Part shown: positions 9,987 to 17,525 of the stretch, one piece after another
Layout: every line of letters begins with the position of its first letter
How positions within the stretch are numbered: the stretch's first letter is position 1
Assembly: GCA_900542935.1 (NCBI GenBank)
Contig: UQPN01000001.1
Span: forward strand, 108,149 to 172,148
DNA: 64,000 nucleotides
Direction: 5' to 3'
DNA from: an uncultured Eubacteriales bacterium
GTDB lineage: Bacteria; Bacillota; Clostridia; Christensenellales; Borkfalkiaceae
Made by a program: the position numbers and the translations under genes
Notes under the pieces: generated by a model
Seen by the model: only the letters and a program-made list of their open reading frames with translations
Database searches by the model: none
Told to the model about the DNA's origin: nothing

Positions 9987-10015
9987 TTGCAAAACATACC
10001 GGAATATGGTATAAT
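9987..10015 (+). promoter_or_regulatory. Sigma70-type promoter (TTGCAA, 17 nt spacer, TGgTATAAT extended -10)
   Basis: Direct reading of the sequence. Confidence 0.55.
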
Positions 10016-10019
10016 GAAC

Positions 10020-10130
10020 GCAGAGTTTTGCATTCTGCAAAACGAAAGCTTTCGCTTTCCCCCGCGCCTTCGGCGCGGCTGCGAGATTGAAAGCAATCAT
10101 AAAAATGCCCTTGCCGGCAAGCATTTTTAT
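10020..10130 (+). ncRNA. Candidate small structured RNA (about 110 nt) between a strong promoter and an intrinsic terminator
   Basis: Hairpins cgaaagctttcg and cccgcgcc-UUCG-gcgcgg (UUCG tetraloop), then terminator aaaaatgcccttgccggcaagcattttt plus T-rich tail (10101-10130); no ORF with an RBS. Confidence 0.35.
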
Positions 10131-10169
10131 TTATGTTATAATCGAATAAAGTAGTCAATGAGGTGTATT

Positions 10170-10382
10170 ATGGCAGCAAGTTATAAAAAATTATTCAAAT
10201 TACTGATAGACAGGGAGATGAAGAGCAAGGAACTCGCCGCGCTCGCAAAGGTAAGCCCCGCAACGCTTGCAAAAATGAAAAAAGACGGCGTTTCGGTAAA
10301 TTCCGACGTGCTTATAAAAATCTGCAAGGCACTTGGCTGTACGCTTGACGATATCGTCGAAATCGTGGACGATGAAAAATAA
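10170..10382 (+). CDS. XRE-family helix-turn-helix transcriptional regulator
   Basis: MAASYKKLFKLLIDREMKSKELAALAKVSPATLAKMKKDGVSV, typical Cro/C1 HTH; extended -10 tgttataat upstream. Confidence 0.8.
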   Translation: MAASYKKLFKLLIDREMKSKELAALAKVSPATLAKMKKDGVSVNSDVLIKICKALGCTLDDIVEIVDDEK

Positions 10383-10482
10383 TTGCAAAACTCAAGAAAA
10401 ATATTTTAATTATGACCGTAGTTGTCATGTTTTGTATGATAAAATAGAAGTATTTAATAACTGGATTAGAAAGAGGGATAAA

Positions 10483-12612
10483 ATGAACCGCTGTTTATAT
10501 AATAACAAATTTGAAAAATTTTTGAATACGGAAGATAATTTTGTGTTCGGACAATTATGTGATAATTATCATGGTGAAGCGCTTACAACAACAAGAGAAG
10601 CGTGGAAAGCTGAAATTACCATCATGAAGGAAGTTTTATCTGGATTATCTGATAAAAATGGCGATATTATATTTGAATATGATATTCCGCGCTTGGGTAA
10701 GAGAATAGATGTGGTTTTATTGTATAGAGGTATTGTATTTTGCCTTGAATTTAAGGTAAATCAATCAAATATTTTAGAGGCTGACATCGATCAGGTTCTG
10801 GATTACGCGCTTGATTTGAAAAACTTTCATTTTTATAGCCAAGATAGAGTTATTGTTCCGATTTTAATTGCAACTAACTATAAAAATTGTTCTACAAACA
10901 TTCAAATGTCGGTTTATGATGACAGGGTTGTAAATCCGCTTGTATCTGGTTCTTTTGGCGTAGGAGCTTTGATACAAAAAGTATTAAATAAGTTTCCGAG
11001 TGAGACTCCTGTGAATCCAAACTGGATAATTAGTCCGTATGCGCCTACACCAACGATTATCGAAGCGGCTAAATCTTTATATGAAAATCATTCGGTTGAA
11101 AGTATCACTCGCCATGAAGCGGACAAGGTTTCTACAGATAAAACAATTTCTTACATATTACAGGTAATAAAAAATAGTAAGTTAAATGGAAGAAAAAGTA
11201 TATGTTTTGTAACCGGTGTTCCCGGCGCGGGCAAAACCTTGGTGGGTTTGGATGTTGCAATAAAGCAAACCTATCAAGGGAGTGATACACCTGTAGAAAA
11301 TGAAGGAGCCGTATATTTATCGGGGAATGGGCCTTTAGTTGCGGTATTAAATGAAGCTCTTGCACAGGACAATTATAAAAAATGTAACATTAGGGGAGAA
11401 AAAAAGAAATTAACGGATTCACGTCGTGAGGTTAGCAAATCCATACAAATGATTCACCGATACCGTGATAATATGCTGGCAAAAATCAAGAATCCTGTTG
11501 AAAATGGAATTCTTGAAATTGATCCGGATAAAGCTGTTAAATTGAAAGAATCTGGGTTTGGCGAAGTTGAACATGTTGCTATATTTGACGAGGCGCAACG
11601 TGCCTGGACGCATAAGAGACTTGCTGAATATTTGAAACGAGGAGGGACTTATGGCAATAAACTGAAAGTTCCTAACTTTCCTATGTCTGAAGCCGCCTTT
11701 TTAATCTGGTCATTAGATCAAAGAGAAGATTGGGCCACGATTGTTTGTCTTGTTGGCGGTGGGCAGGAAATCAATACGGGAGAAGCTGGCATTACCGAAT
11801 GGATAAAGGCACTTAATGAGAAATTTACAAATTGGGATGTATATATTTCGCCAAAATTGACGGAAGCAGAATATGCTGAGGGTAGAGTTAACGAATTATT
11901 AAAAGATAATAAAAGAGTTGTTTATTCTGATGATTTACATTTAAGTGTTTCACTTAGGTCGTTTAGAGCGGAAAAATTATCTGCATTTGTGCATGCACTT
12001 TTGTCATTTGACGAGAACGCTTCTGAAATTTATGCAGAAATTAAAAATAAATACCCGATTGTGCTTACACGTGATATGGAAAAAGCAAAAAGGTGGCTTC
12101 ATGAGAAAGTTCGAGGTACGGAAAGGACAGGTGTTTTAATAACAAAAGAGTCTGCAAGATATAAGCCTTTGGGAATACATGTGTTACCTTCCGGAGATGA
12201 AAATGCGGTGCATTGGTTTTTGGAAGATAAGGTGGATACAAGATCATCAAATTATCTTGAAGACGCTGCTACAGAAATACAGGTGCAGGGTTTGGAGCTT
12301 GATTATACATGTATACTTTGGGATGCAGATATGCGATATGATAAAGGCCAGTGGCGTTTTTACAGATTTAACGGACAAACGAAATGGGTTGAGCAAACTG
12401 CAAATACCGAAAGTAAACAAGATTTGATAAAATATATGTTAAATGCATATCGTGTGCTTCTTACAAGAGCGAGAGTGGGAATGATAATATGTGTTCCAGA
12501 GGGGAACGCTCATAAAAATCCGAATGGCTTTTGGGAAGATAGTACCCGCTTGCCGGAATATTATGACGGCACATATCGGTATTTGAAAAACTTAGGGATA
12601 GAAGAGATTTAA
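10483..12612 (+). CDS. DUF2075-type protein: N-terminal PD-(D/E)xK nuclease-like domain plus P-loop NTPase (helicase/Schlafen-like)
   Basis: RIDVVLL...CLEFK (D...ExK) then Walker A GVPGAGKT, DEAQ Walker B-like, C-terminal VLLTRAR; start set at MNRCLYNN by comparison with the paralogue at 33823. Confidence 0.75.
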   Translation: MNRCLYNNKFEKFLNTEDNFVFGQLCDNYHGEALTTTREAWKAEITIMKEVLSGLSDKNGDIIFEYDIPRLGKRIDVVLLYRGIVFCLEFKVNQSNILEADIDQVLDYALDLKNFHFYSQDRVIVPILIATNYKNCSTNIQMSVYDDRVVNPLVSGSFGVGALIQKVLNKFPSETPVNPNWIISPYAPTPTIIEAAKSLYENHSVESITRHEADKVSTDKTISYILQVIKNSKLNGRKSICFVTGVPGAGKTLVGLDVAIKQTYQGSDTPVENEGAVYLSGNGPLVAVLNEALAQDNYKKCNIRGEKKKLTDSRREVSKSIQMIHRYRDNMLAKIKNPVENGILEIDPDKAVKLKESGFGEVEHVAIFDEAQRAWTHKRLAEYLKRGGTYGNKLKVPNFPMSEAAFLIWSLDQREDWATIVCLVGGGQEINTGEAGITEWIKALNEKFTNWDVYISPKLTEAEYAEGRVNELLKDNKRVVYSDDLHLSVSLRSFRAEKLSAFVHALLSFDENASEIYAEIKNKYPIVLTRDMEKAKRWLHEKVRGTERTGVLITKESARYKPLGIHVLPSGDENAVHWFLEDKVDTRSSNYLEDAATEIQVQGLELDYTCILWDADMRYDKGQWRFYRFNGQTKWVEQTANTESKQDLIKYMLNAYRVLLTRARVGMIICVPEGNAHKNPNGFWEDSTRLPEYYDGTYRYLKNLGIEEI

Positions 12613-12785
12613 AATAACGATTGTTGCCTAAAAAAATACTACAATAAATGCGGACTAAAAAGCATTTGTAAACTGATTATCTAAGCATGGATGTTGTGTT
12701 CTGAACCTATTAAAAAAAGAAAGGGAGTAAGGTTGAAAGCGATTAGTAATTAAGGGTAATTGTTACAACAAAAAGGAGGAAAATA

Positions 12786-15700
12786 ATGAATCATAAAATG
12801 GATGAAAAACAATTTATAAGAAATTTTAAGTTTTTTACTAATGGGGCAATTGATGTATTTCTTGGAGCTGGAGCGTCATTTAGTTCAGGGATAGCTACGG
12901 GTGCAGTTTTAGTATGGTATTTCAAAAGAGAAATATATTGTATTGAAAATGGAATTCGCCAAGATAAATTTAAAGATCTGAATTCCGAAACAAATAAAAA
13001 GATATTGCAAGATTATTTTGATTCTCATGAAGGGTATCCCAAACAGGGTAGTCCTGAAGAGTATTCTTTCTATTTCGAAAAGTGTTTTAGTTCAAGAGAA
13101 GCTCGTAAGAATTTTATTGATTCACAGGTTGTAAGAAAAACACCGTCAATAGGATATCTTAGCCTTGCTAATCTTGTAATTTGTTCCAAAGTTAATAATA
13201 TATGGACAACAAATTTTGATGAACTATTAGAAGTTGCTATTCGTCAAATAGATGGGACATATCCATTTAATGTATGCAGTTCTGCAAATCAAAATTCGTT
13301 TGCCGATTTGAATCCTAAATACAGTTGTATATTTAAATTACATGGTGATTATAGATACGATAAATTGCAAAACACAACAGAAGAGCTAAAAGAGCTGGAA
13401 GATAAAATAGGACATCAATTTGTATCAAAATTACTTGGCAAAGGCTTGTTGGTAATTGGATATTCAGGATCGGACGAGTCTGTTATGAGTACAATAGAAC
13501 AGCATTTGAGCGAACCACGATTTTTGTCAAAAGGGTTGTTTTGGACAACAATGAAAGGAAAATCGGTCTCGAGTAGAGTGTTGAATATTATTGATAAATT
13601 AAATTCCCAAGGCAAAACTTCTTCAATTATAGAAATAGAAAACTTTGATTTATTTATGCTTGATGTGTATTATGCCTTGGAAAATAAAATTGATTTAATT
13701 GATAAACAAGTTTTGGTAAGAGAACAAAGTAGAAAATTATTATTTAATCTCAATAAAAATAAAAAATTTATAAAATTAAATACATTTAAAGCTGATGAGT
13801 ATCCATTATGTAATGTTTTTGAAACAGATATAAAAGATTGGGCAACATTAAAACAAAATAGAGGAGATCTTATCGCGTCGCTGTTCAATGGATGCGTATA
13901 TAGCTTTGCTACGACGGAACAACTTAAAGAACAGTTTAAAGGTCACATAAATTCCGAAATAATATTGCAAGAAGTGGGGTCTAAAGTTTTATATAGGAAT
14001 GATTCTGTATATACTGGGATGCTTTATGATTTAATTGGTAAAGCTTTAGAACAGCGTGGATTAACAAGGTATAAAAAGTCAAAGTTTTATGATTTTTCTT
14101 CTTGTATTGTGGAGCGCGGATTTATCTATTATGATGCAATAGATATTTGCTTGGAGTTTATTGAGGATAAATATTACTTAAATGTATGTCCCACAACGCA
14201 TATAACGAACCTAAATGGCGTTGTACCAGATAAATTCACATATCAAAAACAACTCAATTATAAATCTAATGTATATAATAAACAGTACGATGAAAAACTG
14301 AGGAGATGGCAAGCATGGTTAATAACAAATAAGGAGTTATCTTTTAATTATAATGGTTTTACTATTAGATTTAACGTGCCGGCCGTAAGTTGCGGTGGGG
14401 TAAAACGAGCGCCGCAATGGGATAAATTTGATGCTTTTAGTATAGATGAACCATTTATGCTTTTTTCAAACGATGATAAAAAGATGCGGGCTATTAATCA
14501 ATTAAGGGGACTAATAAAATACGGCCCTATAGATCAATCTTTCTCTCGCAATATACCTAATAGACCGCCTATTAGGTTAGGTGTTATAGTGCCAGATAAA
14601 GCGGTAGATGATTTATTACTTCATTTAAACTTGCTGAGCTCTAAAGTGCAGAATAATAGTAAAGATAAATTTTTACCTAATTATGAGGGGTTTCTGGAAA
14701 TTTATAAAAGAGCATTAACTGTGCCAATAAAAAGTGATACAAATGCTTGCGTGCAATATAATCAAGATGATGTATATAAACTTACAGCAAAAGATTTTGT
14801 AAATTTTCTTAAACGAGAAATTGATAAATTTGCTTTAAATCGCGGGGAATTTGATATTTTAATAATCTATATTCCTAATGCATTTAAAAAATTCAGGACG
14901 GCAGAATCTATTTCTTTAGATTTTGATTTGCATGATGCGTTGAAATTATATGCGACCGATAAAAAGGTGACTTTACAGTTCATTGAAGAAAAATCTGTAA
15001 GAGCTACTGATAAATGTAAGGTTTTATGGGGACTGTCGACCGCTTTGTATGCGAAGGCGTCAATGGGTGTTTTGTGGCATCCACAGGCAATAAACGATAG
15101 TACGGCTTATATTGGAATTAGTTATGCGGTTTCAAAAGAAAAAAAGATCTGCATAGGTTGCAGTCAATTATTTGATTCAACTGGAACAGGAATGAGAATG
15201 CTATTAAGAAAGCTTGAAGCTCCTATTTTCGCTGGTAAAAATAATCCTTATATGGGGCAAGAAGAAGCAAGATGTATGATGAGTGCTTTACGGGAAGAGT
15301 ATTATCGTTGCAATCCGACAGCACAATTGGATAGAATAGTTATTCATAAAACAACCCCGTTTATGCGAGAGGAAATATTGGGCTTTGCACAAGCTTTTGA
15401 GGGAATAGCAAACATAGAATTAATTCAAATTCAAGAATTTAATCATTGGAAAGGAATAAAGTATGGTCTGGATTATGATTCGGGGGCAGAGAGCTATCCA
15501 TTAGATAGAGGGACTGTTATACATATAAGTGAGGATTCTTTTTTACTGTGGACACATGGATGTTTAAGCAACTCAGAATTAGGCTCTGGGCATTATTATA
15601 AGAATGGGAGAGGAATTCCAACTCCGCTTGTAGTAAAACGATATTATGGCAATTCATCTGGAGATATTCTAGCTAAAGAAATATTAATGTTAACAAAAAT

Positions 15701-15833
15701 GAATTGGAATAGTGGAGATAGCTTATACAAGGTATTACCTGTTACCTTAGATTTTGCAAAAGTTTTATCAAGGATGTCTAAACAAAATGAAGCGATTTAC
15801 AATAAGGCTTATGATTTTAGATATTTTATGTGA
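12786..15833 (+). CDS. SIR2-APAZ-pAgo fusion protein (short prokaryotic Argonaute with N-terminal SIR2 NADase domain; SPARSA-like)
   Basis: SIR2 motifs VFLGAGASFSSGI, TTNFDELLE, KLHGDY; C-terminal MID/PIWI-like stretch KVLWGLSTALYAKASMGVLWHP...AYIGISYAVSKE...CSQLFDSTGTG; 1015 aa; roughly 30% GC; good RBS aaaggagga. Confidence 0.7.
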   Translation: MNHKMDEKQFIRNFKFFTNGAIDVFLGAGASFSSGIATGAVLVWYFKREIYCIENGIRQDKFKDLNSETNKKILQDYFDSHEGYPKQGSPEEYSFYFEKCFSSREARKNFIDSQVVRKTPSIGYLSLANLVICSKVNNIWTTNFDELLEVAIRQIDGTYPFNVCSSANQNSFADLNPKYSCIFKLHGDYRYDKLQNTTEELKELEDKIGHQFVSKLLGKGLLVIGYSGSDESVMSTIEQHLSEPRFLSKGLFWTTMKGKSVSSRVLNIIDKLNSQGKTSSIIEIENFDLFMLDVYYALENKIDLIDKQVLVREQSRKLLFNLNKNKKFIKLNTFKADEYPLCNVFETDIKDWATLKQNRGDLIASLFNGCVYSFATTEQLKEQFKGHINSEIILQEVGSKVLYRNDSVYTGMLYDLIGKALEQRGLTRYKKSKFYDFSSCIVERGFIYYDAIDICLEFIEDKYYLNVCPTTHITNLNGVVPDKFTYQKQLNYKSNVYNKQYDEKLRRWQAWLITNKELSFNYNGFTIRFNVPAVSCGGVKRAPQWDKFDAFSIDEPFMLFSNDDKKMRAINQLRGLIKYGPIDQSFSRNIPNRPPIRLGVIVPDKAVDDLLLHLNLLSSKVQNNSKDKFLPNYEGFLEIYKRALTVPIKSDTNACVQYNQDDVYKLTAKDFVNFLKREIDKFALNRGEFDILIIYIPNAFKKFRTAESISLDFDLHDALKLYATDKKVTLQFIEEKSVRATDKCKVLWGLSTALYAKASMGVLWHPQAINDSTAYIGISYAVSKEKKICIGCSQLFDSTGTGMRMLLRKLEAPIFAGKNNPYMGQEEARCMMSALREEYYRCNPTAQLDRIVIHKTTPFMREEILGFAQAFEGIANIELIQIQEFNHWKGIKYGLDYDSGAESYPLDRGTVIHISEDSFLLWTHGCLSNSELGSGHYYKNGRGIPTPLVVKRYYGNSSGDILAKEILMLTKMNWNSGDSLYKVLPVTLDFAKVLSRMSKQNEAIYNKAYDFRYFM

Positions 15834-16978
15834 GGCTTAATATGTATGAAGTACATGCATATAAACTGAATAAAGAGAAGCGCGCGGCGGAGGAAAACGG
15901 GAAGTTTCTGTATTATTTTTACGACCGCAAAAAACTGACGTCGGTTGCGCTTTCCGAAGAGCAGTTCGATAAACTTGTGGAGATGGACAGGGAGTATTAT
16001 AATCTCGAACGCCGTGAACATGACCATAAAACGACGTTCAAAAAGTCCGCAAATACCAACGGTTATAAAAAAATCGATATAGAAAAGGACGATTTCGGAC
16101 AAGCCTCGGATGAAGATCCGGATGACGACGATGTTTCCGGCGCGGACTTTACCTATAAAATTCACAAGCAGTGCGATATTGATAAAAAAGTAGCCGCGTT
16201 TTCGACTGACGACCGGACGATTTACCAAATGTATTATGAGGGCGGGTTCAGACAGGCGGAAATTGCGGAAGAACTCGGAAAAACGCAAGGTTACGTCGCA
16301 AAACGGTTGATGAAAATCGGCGACGCATTGCAGGAAAACAAAACCGACGAGGAACGCGCGAACGCCCAGTGGGAGAAATTTTTGCATAAATTCCGTACGG
16401 ATGACGACGAAGATATTTTGTGGGATATGTTTTTGTATCTGCTGCCCGTTGAGGAGCAGACGGATATTGCCAGTTGGTTTTACAGTTATCGCGAATTTTA
16501 TAAATTCGGTCTGTCGTATCTCATAATTCGTCCATTCGATAAAGTAACCGACCAAACCGAATTCGGGAACAGAATGAACGAGTTGCCGTATCACAGCCGT
16601 TATATGTATTACGAAATTTTCGACGGGCAAATCGAAGAACTGCAATGGCTGTATCTTGCGCTTTGCGAAGAGGTGGAAAACCGTAAGAAAACTTTTCCGC
16701 AGAAGCCCGCGGGAACGAATTTCGAGAAGATTTTTCAGAAAGCGGAAGAAATCTGCAAGCGGCTCGATATGACGACGGAAGAGTTTGTTAGCGAGCGATT
16801 TATACCGAAAGAAGCGGAAAAGCGCGGGAAACGTTACAAAGATTACAGACGGAAATATCAGAATATAGTTGTGGCGGACGAAAATGACGCGCGCCCGATA
16901 GAAGAACAACTTAGAGATATATTCGGAGACGGTCCGACACCTGAATTTTCCAACCCGGAATTCCGCAAGAAAAAATAA
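15830..16978 (+). CDS. Acidic protein with sigma-70 region-4-like HTH (putative transcriptional regulator); start overlaps the pAgo stop (ATGA)
   Basis: FSTDDRTIYQMYYEGGFRQAEIAEELGKTQGYVAKRLMKIGDAL; higher GC and host-like codon usage; antisense ORF 15809-16984 is F-rich junk. Confidence 0.6.
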   Translation: MRLNMYEVHAYKLNKEKRAAEENGKFLYYFYDRKKLTSVALSEEQFDKLVEMDREYYNLERREHDHKTTFKKSANTNGYKKIDIEKDDFGQASDEDPDDDDVSGADFTYKIHKQCDIDKKVAAFSTDDRTIYQMYYEGGFRQAEIAEELGKTQGYVAKRLMKIGDALQENKTDEERANAQWEKFLHKFRTDDDEDILWDMFLYLLPVEEQTDIASWFYSYREFYKFGLSYLIIRPFDKVTDQTEFGNRMNELPYHSRYMYYEIFDGQIEELQWLYLALCEEVENRKKTFPQKPAGTNFEKIFQKAEEICKRLDMTTEEFVSERFIPKEAEKRGKRYKDYRRKYQNIVVADENDARPIEEQLRDIFGDGPTPEFSNPEFRKKK

Positions 16979-16995
16979 AAACACAAGGGAAAACT

Positions 16996-17499
16996 ATGGA
17001 TAACGAAAAAATACGTTTAAAAATGACGGAACTGCAAGAAAAGATAGGATATCAATTTAGTGATATCAATTGGCTTTCAGCGGCAATGAAATCAGAAAAA
17101 ATCGAAGTTCGTAATGTTGGCAAAAATCATAAAGAATATACGAATGAAGGATTGGCGATAGTTGGCGACGCCGTTCTAAAAGCCGTTATTTCTGATTTTC
17201 TTTATAAAGGCGGGGTAACAAGAAAAGGTGAAATCACTACAAGAAAGAGTGAACTTGAAAATAATAAAAGTTTTCGTAAAATAATGACAGACAAAAAATT
17301 AATAGAATATGCCTATAATAATGAATATTTTCAGTCTGATAATCCGCCGAAACATAAACAGGTTGTAAATAAAAAACACGACCCGTATATTGAAGCGATT
17401 GTAGGTGCCGTTTATTATGATGCCGGCTTCGATAAAACGAAGAAATGGATAATAGAATGGCTATTACCGTTATTGGAAAAATATCGTTTAAATAATTAA
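16996..17499 (+). CDS. RNase III-domain protein (mini-III-like, no dsRBD), catalytic motifs partly divergent
   Basis: GYQFSDINWLSAAMKS...NEGLAIVGDAVL against the RNase III signature ERLEFLGDA; DPYIEAIVGAVYYDAG against DxxEALIGAIYLDxG; 167 aa. Confidence 0.65.
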   Translation: MDNEKIRLKMTELQEKIGYQFSDINWLSAAMKSEKIEVRNVGKNHKEYTNEGLAIVGDAVLKAVISDFLYKGGVTRKGEITTRKSELENNKSFRKIMTDKKLIEYAYNNEYFQSDNPPKHKQVVNKKHDPYIEAIVGAVYYDAGFDKTKKWIIEWLLPLLEKYRLNN

Positions 17500-17525
17500 G
17501 TAATTTTACACATCAGGGGATAACG

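Noticed and set aside
12786-15833. Alternative assignments as Thoeris ThsA or DSR2 (both start with SIR2)
   Set aside because: ThsA is about 480 aa with a SLOG C-terminus; the DSR2 C-terminus is HEAT-like. The PIWI-like and MID-like motifs seen here favour pAgo, but only profile or structure searches can settle it.
15809-16984. 391-aa minus-strand ORF opposite the HTH gene
   Set aside because: Phe-rich antisense translation of a GAA/AAA-rich coding strand; the plus-strand product has a recognisable HTH.
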